Assembly: GCA_964542305.1 (NCBI GenBank)
Contig: CAZITX010000006.1
Location: forward strand, 4,172-68,171
Source of the DNA: an uncultured Muribaculaceae bacterium
GTDB taxonomy: Bacteria > Bacteroidota > Bacteroidia > Bacteroidales > UBA932
DNA length: 64,000 nt
Direction of reading: 5' to 3'
The notes beneath the pieces are model-generated. The model had not been told where the DNA came from, did not search any database, and worked only from the letters and a program-made list of their open reading frames with translations. The position numbers and the translations under genes are program-made. Below are positions 44,346-55,728 of the stretch, in pieces (position 1 is the stretch's first letter; each line of letters starts with the position of its first letter).

Positions 44346-46997
44346 ATGGAACTACCTGCAATATACGATCCCTCAGCTACAGAAGATAAGTGGTACAGTT
44401 ACTGGTTAAAGCACCGTTATTTCCATTCTAAGCCCGATGAGCGGCCCAAATACAGTGTGGTGATCCCGCCCCCTAATGTAACCGGAGTGCTCCACATGGG
44501 GCACATGCTCAACAATACCATCCAGGACGTACTTGTAAGACGGGCCCGCATGCAAGGTAAAAACACCTGTTGGGTACCGGGAACCGACCATGCTTCCATA
44601 GCTACTGAAGCCAAAGTAGTTGCCCTTTTAAAAGAAAAAGGAATAAAAAAGACCGACATATCAAGGGAGGAATTCCTGGAATATGCCTGGGCCTGGAAAG
44701 AAAAACACGGCAACATCATTTTGGAACAGTTGAAAAAGCTGGGCGCTTCCTGTGACTGGGACCGTACCAATTTTACGATGAACCCGGATATGAGCCGTGC
44801 CGTTACGGATACCTTTGTACATCTTTATAACGAAGGGTTGATCTACCGCGGAGTACGTATGGTGAACTGGGATCCCCAGGGGAAAACGGCCGTTAGTGAT
44901 GAAGAAGTCATTCACAGGGAAGTCAACGAAAAATTGTATTACCTGCGGTATTTTTTTAGCGACAACGGAAAACGCAGCGACAACTATTTGTCTGTGGCCA
45001 CCACAAGGCCCGAAACCATTATGGCCGATGTGGCCGTATGCGTGAATCCCGGGGACGAAAGGTATTCCGGACTGATTGGGAAAAAAGTCCTGATCCCATT
45101 AATTGACAAAGAGATCCCTGTAATTGCGGATGATTACGTGACTATGGATTTCGGGACGGGCTGTTTGAAGATTACACCCGCTCATGATCCCAACGACTAT
45201 GAAATAGGATTGCGTCACAAATTACCCGTAATAGACATCATTGATCCGGACGGCACCCTGAACCATCAGGCACAGATCCTGGTAGGGGAGGACCGTTTTG
45301 CCGCACGCAAAAAAATCCGTACCATGCTACAGGAATCCGGCTGCCTGGAGAAAGAAGAACCGTATGTCACACAGGTGGGCTTTTCCGAACGGACCAACGC
45401 AGTTATTGAGCCGAGGCTTTCGCTGCAGTGGTTCTTAAAACTGGAAGTGCCTGCAAAAAAAGCATTAGCGTATGTGGAAGACGGGCGGGTAAAACTGATC
45501 CCCGATAAATACCGCAACACCTACCGCCATTGGATGGAAACAGCACGGGACTGGTGCATATCCCGCCAATTGTGGTGGGGACAGCAGATCCCTGCCTGGT
45601 ACCTGCCAAGCGGTGAAATCATCGTGGCCGCCACGGCGGAAGAGGCCCTGAAACTGGCCCGGAAAAAAGATCCCTCTCTTACTGAAGAGGACCTGAAACA
45701 GGATCCCGATGTGGTAGATACCTGGTTCTCTTCCTGGCTATGGCCCATTTCTGTGTTTGATCCCGGGAAGCCCGGTCATCCCAAAAAAACACCCAATGAA
45801 GAACTGGCCTATTATTACCCTACTGACGATTTGGTAACAGCTCCAGACATCCTATTCTTCTGGGTTGCCCGCATGATCATGGCCGGAGATATGTATTGCC
45901 AGGAGAAACCGTTTTCCAACGTATACCTTACCGGAATGGTACGGGACAAAATGGGACGGAAAATGTCCAAATCACTGGGCAATTCCCCGGACCCCATAGA
46001 ACTGATGAACAAATACGGAGCCGATGGGGTTCGTATGGGTTTGATGTTGTGCACTTCTGCCGGGAACGACATTTTATTTGACGAAAGCCAGGTGGAACAA
46101 GGACGGAATTTTTGCAACAAAATCTGGAATGCTTACAGGCTGGTTCGTTCCTGGAAACGGGACACCACCTTACCATTGGAAGAGACTTCCGGACAGGCCA
46201 TTAAATGGTTCCGCCAATTATTGGCGTCCACAAGGGTCGAAGCCGATGATCTCTTTTCCAAGTTCCGTCTGTCGGAAACCCTGATGCTGCTTTACAAACG
46301 CTTCTGGGATGACTTTTGTTCCTGGTACCTGGAGATCATAAAGCCTGCAGGTAATGGAAAGAAAAAAATTGATGCGGCTACTTACGATACGACCCTGGAA
46401 TTTTTCGATATTCTTCTGCATATGCTGCATCCCTTTATGCCCTTTATTACTGAAGAATTGTGGCAGAACCTTTATGAACGCCGGGACGGAGAAAGTATCA
46501 TGGTTTCTACGGTTCCCGGTACCGGTTCATTCAAGCAGGAAGAGCTGGAAGATTTTGCCCGTTTACAGGAATTGATCGTTTCAATCAGGGGTTTGCGGCA
46601 AAAAAAGCAAATACCCGGAAAAACAGAATTGAAACTCTATGTTAAAGGTAAATTTGCCGGTAACCTTTACGGTATTGCCAAACGTATGGGAGGACTGCAA
46701 GAAGTTGTACCTGTAACAGAAACTCCCGGCGATGGCAATGTGTATTCGTTCCTGATAGGGACGACTGAATTTTTCATTCCCCTGGGAGAACTTCTGGATA
46801 CAAAAGAAGAACGTTCCAAGATCAACGGGGAACTGGAGTACTACCATAATTTCCTGGCCGGTGTTGAAAAGAAACTCAACAACCCCAATTTTGTTCAACG
46901 GGCCCCGGAGCAGGTAGTAGCTACCGAACAGAAAAAACGTTCGGACGCTTTGGCAAAAATTGCCGCACTTGAGCAGCAATTATCATCATTACAATGA
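44346..46997 (+). CDS. valS: Valine-tRNA ligase
   Basis: Start trimmed to [20 protein letters not shown]. The HIGH motif is VLHMGHMLN and the KMSKS motif is [12 protein letters not shown]-terminal coiled coil is present. Confidence 0.95.
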   Translation: MELPAIYDPSATEDKWYSYWLKHRYFHSKPDERPKYSVVIPPPNVTGVLHMGHMLNNTIQDVLVRRARMQGKNTCWVPGTDHASIATEAKVVALLKEKGIKKTDISREEFLEYAWAWKEKHGNIILEQLKKLGASCDWDRTNFTMNPDMSRAVTDTFVHLYNEGLIYRGVRMVNWDPQGKTAVSDEEVIHREVNEKLYYLRYFFSDNGKRSDNYLSVATTRPETIMADVAVCVNPGDERYSGLIGKKVLIPLIDKEIPVIADDYVTMDFGTGCLKITPAHDPNDYEIGLRHKLPVIDIIDPDGTLNHQAQILVGEDRFAARKKIRTMLQESGCLEKEEPYVTQVGFSERTNAVIEPRLSLQWFLKLEVPAKKALAYVEDGRVKLIPDKYRNTYRHWMETARDWCISRQLWWGQQIPAWYLPSGEIIVAATAEEALKLARKKDPSLTEEDLKQDPDVVDTWFSSWLWPISVFDPGKPGHPKKTPNEELAYYYPTDDLVTAPDILFFWVARMIMAGDMYCQEKPFSNVYLTGMVRDKMGRKMSKSLGNSPDPIELMNKYGADGVRMGLMLCTSAGNDILFDESQVEQGRNFCNKIWNAYRLVRSWKRDTTLPLEETSGQAIKWFRQLLASTRVEADDLFSKFRLSETLMLLYKRFWDDFCSWYLEIIKPAGNGKKKIDAATYDTTLEFFDILLHMLHPFMPFITEELWQNLYERRDGESIMVSTVPGTGSFKQEELEDFARLQELIVSIRGLRQKKQIPGKTELKLYVKGKFAGNLYGIAKRMGGLQEVVPVTETPGDGNVYSFLIGTTEFFIPLGELLDTKEERSKINGELEYYHNFLAGVEKKLNNPNFVQRAPEQVVATEQKKRSDALAKIAALEQQLSSLQ

Positions 46998-49900
46998 AAT
47001 ACAGACATTTGATCCTGACATTGATCTCCTTCACATTACTTGCTCAATGTGTTAAAGTCAGTGAATTGGATGACAATGCCCACATTTCTTCCTGCGGGAT
47101 CACCGCAGTATCTCCACAGGCAGTAATCTTTGATACACCTTTGGTAGAGGGGGATCAGATCACCCTCCCTATGAATTACGGAAAATACGAATTCCCTGTA
47201 ACCGTTACCCTGGATATAAAAACAGCGCAGAAGATCGATAAGATCCTGGGTATGGACGAAGGCAACACCCTTATTTTTGAAAATGAAGGGATCGTACGCA
47301 AGATCCACCTCATAGCCCTGAGCGGTGTGGTACATACATACGAAGTACGTATTGAAGTGGCTCCCCGTAGCGACCTGGCCTCTATTTCTGCTGTTACATT
47401 GCAGGAATATACCCCGGATAATTTTTTACTTGCCCGGGAAGTTGTAATAGATCTTGTTGAAAACCAGGTGGTCATTTATGCCATAAAGGAACAGTCATTA
47501 CCTTTAAATGTAACACTGCAGATGGAACTCAGCCCGGGAGCTCACCTGGACGATCAGCAGGCAGTGAAGACATTTACTATAAATGACTACGATACCGCTA
47601 TCCCGTTCACCGTTACCGCTGAAAGTGGCAAAGAAGAAATATGGTCCGTAATCTTAGCCGGTATAACAACAGTAGAAGATCTTTCTCAGACTCAACCCGA
47701 TGTTTGGGAACGGATGGTACCTGTGGGACCTTACACGGTTACCTTGCAAAATGAAAGACCGGTGGTAGTAAATATCCGTGCCGATGCTTCCGCCGGAAAA
47801 CTTATTGTCTGCGTGCGTGAACAAGGAACGGCATTCCCCTGGAATGTTTCCCTGAATTATGGTCTGCAACCATACGTATTGCCTGTGAAGATTGTACCGG
47901 GAGATGTTTTCACTGTTTCCGGATGGGAAGAAACACACAGGTTCTACCTTATGGATGTATTGTCTTTGCAGGCCCGTGTATGGGACCTGATCTGGGAAAG
48001 GTGGTTGAATCCGGAAAACAAAGTGTTGTCTTTTGATGTTCTGGAATACAAATCGGCACAAGATCAGATGGAACTGGGAGATCCTGTGATAGATACCCTG
48101 ACAAGGGAAGTAAGTATCCCCATGATATCCGGAAATGACTTTCCGCTGGAGATCACTTCTTATGATATAACGGTCTCTGACAGCGCCACCTGTCAAATTC
48201 CCGGACAACTATTTTTTGAATCATACAAAAGCGTACTTCCTTTTACCGTTACCTCCCAGTCCGGTAATGAAAAACAATGGGTACTGAAAATAGAACCCTG
48301 GTTCAGTACAAGTACAGATATTCTGTCTTTTACAGCGGAAAATTACCACTCGGAACAAAACCTGGTACAGCTGGAATCCCCGGAGGCCACTATTGATACA
48401 GAAAACAAAACCCTTACACTGGTGATAAAAGCCGGGTACGATTTTCCTTTTTCCATAGACAGTTATGGATTGGTACTATCCGAAAACGCAGTACTACAGG
48501 AAGATTATTCACAAGGAATCGTGTTTAGTACGATCGATCAGGCTGTTCCTTTAACTGTTGTAGCTGAAAGCGGCGATACCGCACAATGGACGCTGCAGTT
48601 GGTGGATGAACGTACCGAAAACCTGGAGGCATTGGTACTTGATTATCGCATAGTAAGTTACCAGGGAACCACTGAAACGGCAAACAACATGGTCCTGGAA
48701 GAGTGGGGTGTCGTGGATACGATCAACCGTACCGTTTCACTGATCATCAATGACTGGTCCTCCAAGATGCCCGTTACCGTTGAAGGGATCATGAGCATTT
48801 CCAAAAACGCGACCCTGGAAGGCACCGTTGTCAATGATTGTGAACATCAAATTGTCTTCCATACAGTTGATGAAACATTTGAATTTACTGTTACATCTGA
48901 AAGCCGCACCAATACAACTACGTGGACCCTATTACTGGAAGATCGTTCTCCCGCCAGGAGTTCAGAGGCGGAAGTAACCGGCTTTATCACGGGCAACCCT
49001 TCATCGGGTTTTGTATTTGATAAAAAATACCTGGAATCCGGTCCCGGTACCATAACCATACTGGTAAGCGAAAGACCTTCCCCTGGAGCGCTGCTGGCCA
49101 TCAAACCACAGATCACAGTTTCCCCTGAGGCAAGGCTTCAAGGGATTACCTCCGGTGCTCCGCTTGCCTTATCCTTCACAGAACCTTATGTTTTCCGGGT
49201 AGTGGCCCAGGACGAATCCGTAAGGGAATGGCAGATACGCCTTATTTATGCCCCACAGGTTTATAACAGCAGTTATGAAGAATGGGGTACCGTAGATGGC
49301 GTCCAGAATATTTTACCTTCCAACGGGAACGGATGGACAACCGGCAATAATGCCCAGGTTATTGGTACAACAAGGATTACGGGAAATAACAGTCCATATG
49401 CCGCCCAAATGCTGACACAATTGAAAACCGTGAATTTGATCGTGATCAAGGTGACAAGCCTGGCTGCAGGTGCCGTTATGTTGGGCAAATTCAATTTCAG
49501 TATGGACGTGGAAGCCGTGTTGAATCCTACCAGTATGTCCGATTTCGGGATCCCGTTTACGGCGGATTCAAATCCCGTAGGTTTTGAAATTGATTACAAC
49601 TACCAGTCCGGCGGTCAGCGGGTATATACCCAGGCCTACAAAGGGGCGTTCGGTATGCCGGCCTTTAAGGATCCGGTGAATGTCTCCGGTCCCGATAAAG
49701 CGGTAATAGCCACCGAAATCCATTATAGCGAAGGAAGTGAATGGGATTACGATTTGAAAAACAGGCCTACACTGATAGCCGAAAGAGAGATCCTTACGGA
49801 AGGAACCGCAGGGTGGACCCGTTCCCGTCTGATTTTCAACAAGGTACCGGGCAAAGAACACCTTAAAATGACGCACCTGGTTGTGCGGATGTCTTCTTCC

Positions 49901-50005
49901 TATCAGGGAGACGAATTCAAGGGAGCCGACGGAAGCAAGTTGACCGTCGACAATTTCAAACTGATCTATTACATTCCCGGGGAGGAGGCCACAACATTGC
50001 AATAA
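46994..50005 (+). CDS. Large surface lipoprotein with about six repeated Ig-like modules and a C-terminal PCMD-like (putative carbohydrate metabolism) domain
   Basis: 1003 aa. The lipobox is LLAQC. The recurring module ending is (P/A)FTVT(A/S)ESG...W.L.L. The C-terminus reads WTTGNNAQ...[13 protein letters not shown]. Confidence 0.55.
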   Translation: MKYRHLILTLISFTLLAQCVKVSELDDNAHISSCGITAVSPQAVIFDTPLVEGDQITLPMNYGKYEFPVTVTLDIKTAQKIDKILGMDEGNTLIFENEGIVRKIHLIALSGVVHTYEVRIEVAPRSDLASISAVTLQEYTPDNFLLAREVVIDLVENQVVIYAIKEQSLPLNVTLQMELSPGAHLDDQQAVKTFTINDYDTAIPFTVTAESGKEEIWSVILAGITTVEDLSQTQPDVWERMVPVGPYTVTLQNERPVVVNIRADASAGKLIVCVREQGTAFPWNVSLNYGLQPYVLPVKIVPGDVFTVSGWEETHRFYLMDVLSLQARVWDLIWERWLNPENKVLSFDVLEYKSAQDQMELGDPVIDTLTREVSIPMISGNDFPLEITSYDITVSDSATCQIPGQLFFESYKSVLPFTVTSQSGNEKQWVLKIEPWFSTSTDILSFTAENYHSEQNLVQLESPEATIDTENKTLTLVIKAGYDFPFSIDSYGLVLSENAVLQEDYSQGIVFSTIDQAVPLTVVAESGDTAQWTLQLVDERTENLEALVLDYRIVSYQGTTETANNMVLEEWGVVDTINRTVSLIINDWSSKMPVTVEGIMSISKNATLEGTVVNDCEHQIVFHTVDETFEFTVTSESRTNTTTWTLLLEDRSPARSSEAEVTGFITGNPSSGFVFDKKYLESGPGTITILVSERPSPGALLAIKPQITVSPEARLQGITSGAPLALSFTEPYVFRVVAQDESVREWQIRLIYAPQVYNSSYEEWGTVDGVQNILPSNGNGWTTGNNAQVIGTTRITGNNSPYAAQMLTQLKTVNLIVIKVTSLAAGAVMLGKFNFSMDVEAVLNPTSMSDFGIPFTADSNPVGFEIDYNYQSGGQRVYTQAYKGAFGMPAFKDPVNVSGPDKAVIATEIHYSEGSEWDYDLKNRPTLIAEREILTEGTAGWTRSRLIFNKVPGKEHLKMTHLVVRMSSSYQGDEFKGADGSKLTVDNFKLIYYIPGEEATTLQ

Positions 50006-50007
50006 TT

Positions 50008-50418
50008 ATGATGGAATATACTTCTAAAATAACTGTCAGGTATTACGAGACAGACCAAATGGGGGTGGTGCACCATTCCAATTACATCCGCTATTTTGAA
50101 ACAGGACGTGAAGAAATGATGGAACATTACGGTGTTCCATATAAGGAAACCGAATCGCGCGGTATCATCATGCCGGTGCATGCCGTTCACTGCGATTACA
50201 TACATCCGGCACGTTACGGGGAAGTGTTGTCTGTAGAGACCCGTCTGGAAGAAATGCCCCGTTCACGCATTACATTCCGCTACAACATCTATAATCCGGA
50301 ACAGGTACTTCTGGCCAAAGGGTATGTGACATTGGCTTTTGTAGATGTTTCCCGGGGAACACCGGTAAGAGCACCCCGTTTTCTGACGGAAGTATTGGAA
50401 AAATACATAAATTTGTAA
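50008..50418 (+). CDS. YbgC/FadM-type acyl-CoA thioesterase (4HBT hotdog fold)
   Basis: 136 aa. The signature is VRYYETDQMGVVHHSNY. Confidence 0.85.
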   Translation: MMEYTSKITVRYYETDQMGVVHHSNYIRYFETGREEMMEHYGVPYKETESRGIIMPVHAVHCDYIHPARYGEVLSVETRLEEMPRSRITFRYNIYNPEQVLLAKGYVTLAFVDVSRGTPVRAPRFLTEVLEKYINL

Positions 50419-50435
50419 AACAAGACTAAAGGAAT

Positions 50436-50642
50436 ATGAGTAAATTATTATTGTTCGGCACTCTGGGTGCCACCGAGATCATAATCATTGCTTTGATCGT
50501 TCTGCTTCTTTTCGGAGGCCGCAAGATACCCGAATTGATGAAAGGCATAGGTAAAGGCGTAAAAAGTTTTAAAGACGGAGTCAAAGGCCTTGAAGACGAT
50601 CTGAAAGAAGAAGAAAAAGATATTGACAAGGATCTGAAGTAA
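50436..50642 (+). CDS. tatA: Twin-arginine translocase subunit TatA/E
   Basis: 68 aa. An N-terminal TM helix is followed by [21 protein letters not shown]. Confidence 0.9.
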   Translation: MSKLLLFGTLGATEIIIIALIVLLLFGGRKIPELMKGIGKGVKSFKDGVKGLEDDLKEEEKDIDKDLK

Positions 50643-50647
50643 CAGCG

Positions 50648-51478
50648 GTGGCCGATTCTTCCCGGGATACGATTGAGATGACCTTTTGGGAACATCTGGA
50701 TGAGTTTCGCAAGGTTTTGTTTCGCTCTGCAATTGCCTTAATTTTATTAATGGTAATTGTCTTTGTGAATAAAAATTTTGTATTTGAAACTGTCATATTT
50801 GCGCCCAGAACTTCCGATTTCATCCTTTACAGGTGGATGGAATCCCTTGCTGCATGGACCGGATTTTCTTCATTTTCACCGGACCCTTTTGAACTTCAGT
50901 TGCAAAACATAGAGCTGGCCGCACAATTCTTTACCCATATAAGCGTTTCTTTCAGCATAGCTTTTGTTCTGGCGACCCCGTTTCTGTTGTACCAATTATG
51001 GCTTTTTATAAGGCCGGCTTTGTATCCTACTGAAAAAAAATCCGTTGTAGGAGCCTTTGCCTGGTGTTCGCTGCTATTCTTTTTGGGAGTTTTGGTGGGA
51101 TACCTTTTTGTCTTTCCGTTGACGATTAATTTTTTAGGCAGCTACCAGGTTAGTGAACTGGTGGAAAACCAGATCACCCTGCAATCCTATATTCACATGT
51201 TCACCTGGCTGGTGATCATTATGGGGATCGTATTTGAAATGCCGGTTTTGTTACGTGTTTTATCACGGATTGGGGTCATATCCAAGGAACTGCTGAAAAA
51301 ATACAGAAAATACGCAATCGTTATTCTTTTGGTACTGGCTGCGATCATAACACCAAGCGGGGATGCATTCACATTGTTCGTTGTAGCATTGCCCTTGTAT
51401 CTTCTCTACGAAATAAGTATACTTGTATGTTACAGCAAGTCGGCAGAAGAAGAAGATGATGAAACCAGCAAAGCGTAA
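50648..51478 (+). CDS. tatC: Twin-arginine translocase subunit TatC
   Basis: 276 aa from a GTG start; an alternative ATG at 50678 gives MTFWEHLDEFRKVLF. The protein has six TM segments and lies directly after tatA. Confidence 0.88.
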   Translation: MADSSRDTIEMTFWEHLDEFRKVLFRSAIALILLMVIVFVNKNFVFETVIFAPRTSDFILYRWMESLAAWTGFSSFSPDPFELQLQNIELAAQFFTHISVSFSIAFVLATPFLLYQLWLFIRPALYPTEKKSVVGAFAWCSLLFFLGVLVGYLFVFPLTINFLGSYQVSELVENQITLQSYIHMFTWLVIIMGIVFEMPVLLRVLSRIGVISKELLKKYRKYAIVILLVLAAIITPSGDAFTLFVVALPLYLLYEISILVCYSKSAEEEDDETSKA

Positions 51479-53039
51479 ATCCTTTATTCTGATAACAGGC
51501 GGGATCGTTTTTTTGTGCCTGATCCTGTTCATTATTCCTTTTTTCTGGAAACAACCCGTTTTTTGGCTGTTAAAAAGCAATCTTTTCAACGGGTACAGGA
51601 AAGCCGGTCTTATTGCTCTTTACAATCCGGCTCCCCCTGACATTATACGCGAACATGTTGATCTCTATAACGGAGGTTTCAAACCGCAAAATTTCCGGGC
51701 AGGTCCCGTATATATACCCGGCAAGGGATACAATTACATGGACTCGCTGGGATTGCTGATGACAAGTGATTTTTACCGTATGGCAGAACCTTTCTGTAAC
51801 GGACTGGGCCGGGTGAATACGGAAACGGGTTACGGAATGCTCAATCACAAAGGAAAATGGGTGCTTACTCCCCAATACGATACCATCATCCCTTTTGAAC
51901 AGGTCCTGATAGTAAAACAGGAAAACCGGTACGGAGTTACCGGAGAGAAAGGCCGTTTTCTTATTCCCCTGCAGGAAGAAACAATTTCAACTGACTATAA
52001 CAATTTTGCATTGCCTTTCTTGCTGGCTTACCGTAGAGACGGGTCGTTTTCCGTTATCCATCCAAAAGGAAAACCATCTGAGGCTGCCCCTTACGACAGT
52101 CTGGACATAAGGAACAACACCCTGTTCGTTCGCAGGAACAATTTCTGGGGCGTTTTGGACTATACGGGATCAGAGATAATACCCCTGATTTATGACCGGG
52201 TAGGTGTTTATAAGCCGGGCTTGTATACCGTTACCAGCAATGGTTTACAGGGATTTCATCTTCCGGGCGAACCCACAGCGCTGATTCCTCCCCTATACGA
52301 GAAAGTGGATATATGCACTCCTGAGACCTACCGGGTCTTCAAGGATAATCATTACGGATTGCTGGACAAGAAAGCGGCAATACTAATTGAACCGGTGTAC
52401 GATACAATATATGCCCATCACGGGAAAGAGTGGATCGTTACAGGGGATCACAACCGGTATGCCTTGCGCAACACAAATAATTTGTCGTTTCCTTCCGGAT
52501 TTTATGAAATGATAGGTCCCTGCAGGGAAGGCATGACTGTCGTTCGTAATGAGGACGGTTACGGGGTTTTGTCTGAAGACGGCGCCGTTACGGTAATACC
52601 TCAATACGATTCCATTCGCCATTACAGCAGCAACCTGGCGGTTGTGTACCATAACCGGCAATACGGAGCCATTGACAAAACAGGAGCCTTTACCATACCG
52701 TTCTCACTGAAACTGGTGGAACTGTATGATTTTCACGACGGCATAGCTCTGGCTGCACAATTGAACCTGATGACAGCACGCATCAGAAAACAATACGGAT
52801 TTATTGACAAAGATGGCAACACCGTGGTCCCGTTCATATACGAAGACGGGCATAAAGTCTTTTCCAACGGATTGGCAGGAATGCGCCTGAATGGTGCCTG
52901 GGGTTTCATAAACATTAAAGGGGAAAACATCATTCCATTCCTGTACGATACCGTTACCCGGTTTTCAAACGGAATGTCACAGGCTGTTTACCACGGATCC
53001 ATACATACTATTGACACACAAGGGAGAACCGTAGAATGA
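51456..53039 (+). CDS. WG-repeat-containing protein
   Basis: Start trimmed to MMKPAKRKSFILITGGIVFLCLILF (N-terminal TM anchor). More than eight repeats of the type YG(V/L/F)(L/I)D..G..(I/V)IP..YD are present. Confidence 0.7.
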   Translation: MMKPAKRKSFILITGGIVFLCLILFIIPFFWKQPVFWLLKSNLFNGYRKAGLIALYNPAPPDIIREHVDLYNGGFKPQNFRAGPVYIPGKGYNYMDSLGLLMTSDFYRMAEPFCNGLGRVNTETGYGMLNHKGKWVLTPQYDTIIPFEQVLIVKQENRYGVTGEKGRFLIPLQEETISTDYNNFALPFLLAYRRDGSFSVIHPKGKPSEAAPYDSLDIRNNTLFVRRNNFWGVLDYTGSEIIPLIYDRVGVYKPGLYTVTSNGLQGFHLPGEPTALIPPLYEKVDICTPETYRVFKDNHYGLLDKKAAILIEPVYDTIYAHHGKEWIVTGDHNRYALRNTNNLSFPSGFYEMIGPCREGMTVVRNEDGYGVLSEDGAVTVIPQYDSIRHYSSNLAVVYHNRQYGAIDKTGAFTIPFSLKLVELYDFHDGIALAAQLNLMTARIRKQYGFIDKDGNTVVPFIYEDGHKVFSNGLAGMRLNGAWGFINIKGENIIPFLYDTVTRFSNGMSQAVYHGSIHTIDTQGRTVE

Positions 53040-54994
53040 TATCTCTGTCCAACATAACCGTTTCTTTTGCCCACCTGGACCTGCTATCGGATGTGTCTTT
53101 TGCACTGGGCCGGAGGGACAGGGTCGCTTTGGTGGGAAAAAACGGGGCCGGGAAATCCACATTGCTTAAGATAATGGCCGGGATACAGGAACCTTCCGCA
53201 GGCACCGTGGTACGTTCCACAGACCTGAAAATCGGTTACCTGCCCCAGCAAATGACACACGCCCGGAACAAATCGGTGCTGGAGGAAGCATTGACTGTTT
53301 TTGCAGCCGTTGAGAACCTTCGCCGGGAGACGGAAAGGATCACAAAAGACCTTTCCCGGAGAGAAGATTACGATTCCAATGAGTACAAAAAACTTATGGT
53401 AGATCTGACCGAGGCAACCGACCGTCTGCACATCCTCTCTTCTGACAATCCACGGGGAAATGCCGAGAAAACGCTTGTAGGCCTGGGATTTAAAGCCGGT
53501 GAACTGGACAGGTCCACCCGCACCTTTTCCGAGGGATGGAATATGCGCATTGAGCTGGCAAAATTGTTGCTTTCGAGGCCTGATGTACTTTTGCTTGACG
53601 AGCCTACCAATCACCTGGACATAGAAAGCCTCCGGTGGCTGGAACAATACCTGGAATCCTTCCCCGGATCGTTACTTGTTATTTCGCACGACCGTACCTT
53701 TTTGGATAACGTTACCCAAAGGACCATTGAGATCTCGCTGGGCAAAATATTCGATTACAAAGCGCCTTATTCCCAGTACCTGGAATTGCGCAAAGAGCGT
53801 CTGGAACAACAAACGGCAGCCTGGGAAAACCAGCAGCGCACTATAGAAAAAACGGAAGAGTTCATTGCCCGCTTCCGATACAAACCCACCAAATCCAACC
53901 AGGTGCAAAGTCGCATCAAACAGTTGGAAAAGATGGAACGCATAGAAATTGATCCGGTGGATAACGCGCGGATCCGCATATCTTTTCCTGAAGTTCCCCG
54001 TAGCGGAAAAATTGTATTCAAATGCCATAACGTAGCTGTGGGTTATGATAAAGGTCCTATCTTTACGGGAACAGATATGGTAGTGGAAAGAGGAGAAAAA
54101 GTGGCTTTTGTAGGCAGGAACGGAGAAGGAAAGACTACCATGATGAAATTGTTGACCGGACAAAAACAAGCCATTGAAGGCAAGTTTGAAACGGGGTACA
54201 ACGTTCTTTTGGGATACTATGCACAGAACCAGGACGAATTGCTGGATGACGGCCTGACAGTATACCAGACATTGGATGAAATTGCATTAGGGGATGTGCG
54301 TACCCGTTTGCGGGATATCCTGGCTTCATTTCTTTTCCGGGGAGAAGACGTGGATAAGAAAACCGGGGTTTTGAGCGGCGGGGAACGGTCCCGCCTGGCA
54401 ATGGCAAAATTAATGCTCCAGCCATACAATGTACTGGCACTGGACGAGCCTACCAACCATATGGATATCCGCTCGCGGGAAGTCATGAAAGAAGCCTTAC
54501 GGCAATACAGCGGAACACTGATAGTAGTTTCCCACGACAGGACTTTCCTGGACGGCCTGGTAGACAAGATCTACGAATTCAGGGACGGGAAAGTAAAAGA
54601 ACATTTGGGAGGGATCCGGGACTTTATGGAAAGAAGAAAGCTGGAAACCCTCCGGGAACTGGAGGAAAGTACAACGGCAGAAGCCAATAACCGGGCAGGA
54701 CAGGAAAATAGCGAAAAAGACGCCCAAACACTGTACCGGTTGAAAAAAGAAAGGGATAAAGCATTGCGCAAGCTCCAACAGAACGTGACCCGGTGCGAGA
54801 ACCGGATTGAACAACACGAAAAAGGGCTGGCCATTATGGATGAAAAATTATTGTCACCTCCGGCCGAAGGGTTTAGCACGGCTTTTTACCAGTTGTACGA
54901 AAAAGAAAAAAGAGCGTTGGATGAAGCCATGAAAGAATGGGAAAAAGCTCACAATGAATTAGATACATTTATTAAGACAGAAAAAGATGCTTGA
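53036..54994 (+). CDS. ABC-F family ATPase (two ABC domains, no TM domain)
   Basis: 652 aa. The Walker A motifs are GKNGAGKST and GRNGEGKTT. The signature LSGGERSRL is present, and the C-terminal tail is a coiled coil. Confidence 0.88.
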   Translation: MISLSNITVSFAHLDLLSDVSFALGRRDRVALVGKNGAGKSTLLKIMAGIQEPSAGTVVRSTDLKIGYLPQQMTHARNKSVLEEALTVFAAVENLRRETERITKDLSRREDYDSNEYKKLMVDLTEATDRLHILSSDNPRGNAEKTLVGLGFKAGELDRSTRTFSEGWNMRIELAKLLLSRPDVLLLDEPTNHLDIESLRWLEQYLESFPGSLLVISHDRTFLDNVTQRTIEISLGKIFDYKAPYSQYLELRKERLEQQTAAWENQQRTIEKTEEFIARFRYKPTKSNQVQSRIKQLEKMERIEIDPVDNARIRISFPEVPRSGKIVFKCHNVAVGYDKGPIFTGTDMVVERGEKVAFVGRNGEGKTTMMKLLTGQKQAIEGKFETGYNVLLGYYAQNQDELLDDGLTVYQTLDEIALGDVRTRLRDILASFLFRGEDVDKKTGVLSGGERSRLAMAKLMLQPYNVLALDEPTNHMDIRSREVMKEALRQYSGTLIVVSHDRTFLDGLVDKIYEFRDGKVKEHLGGIRDFMERRKLETLRELEESTTAEANNRAGQENSEKDAQTLYRLKKERDKALRKLQQNVTRCENRIEQHEKGLAIMDEKLLSPPAEGFSTAFYQLYEKEKRALDEAMKEWEKAHNELDTFIKTEKDA

Positions 54995-55727
54995 AGACCG
55001 CATATATGGAATACACCCTGTACGGGAAGCCCTGATTGGAAATAAAAAGCTGGAAAAGATTCTGATACGAAAGGGAATGGAAAGTCCGGCCGCTGCAGAG
55101 ATCACGGAACTGGCACGGCAGCAGAACGTTCCGGTTCAATACGTTCCCCAGGAAAAACTCAACCACCTGAGCGGAAAAGGGAACCACCAGGGGGTGGTGG
55201 CCGTATTGGCACAGTTGGATTACATTTCCCTGGAAGAAGCAGCGCAAGCTGCCTCGGCAAAAAGCAAATTTCCCACGGTACTGCTGCTGGACGGGGTTAG
55301 TGATGTGCGCAATTTCGGGGCGATAGCACGCACCTGTGAATGTGCAGGGGTAGGGGCCTTGATCCTGCCTGCCAAAGGCGGGGCCGCCGTCAACCAGGAT
55401 GCCATAAAAACCTCGGCAGGGGCCTTGCTGCGCATTCCCACCTGCAAGGTGCCCAACCTGAAAACGGCCTTGTATTACCTGAAAGAGTCGGGTTATACCA
55501 TAACAGGCACAGTTTCCGGGGCGGAACGTTCCATATACGATGCCGATTTTTGTCGTCCGGCCGCATTTGTTATGGGAGCTGAAGGAAAGGGAATTTCCGA
55601 CGGTGTTATGCAATTGTGTGACCAGCTGGTTTCCATTCCGCAATTGGGGGAAATCGGGTCGCTTAATGTTTCTGCGGCTACTGCCATAGTATTGTTTGAA
55701 GCCGTAAGGCAACGTATCAATAAATGA
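54987..55727 (+). CDS. rlmB: 23S rRNA (guanosine-2'-O-)-methyltransferase RlmB-like (SpoU/TrmH family)
   Basis: 246 aa. The N-terminus is IYGIHPVREAL. The SpoU motifs are LDGVSDVRNFGAIART, FVMGAEGKGIS and IPQLGEIGSLNVSAA. Confidence 0.82.
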   Translation: MLEDRIYGIHPVREALIGNKKLEKILIRKGMESPAAAEITELARQQNVPVQYVPQEKLNHLSGKGNHQGVVAVLAQLDYISLEEAAQAASAKSKFPTVLLLDGVSDVRNFGAIARTCECAGVGALILPAKGGAAVNQDAIKTSAGALLRIPTCKVPNLKTALYYLKESGYTITGTVSGAERSIYDADFCRPAAFVMGAEGKGISDGVMQLCDQLVSIPQLGEIGSLNVSAATAIVLFEAVRQRINK

Positions 55728-55728
55728 A

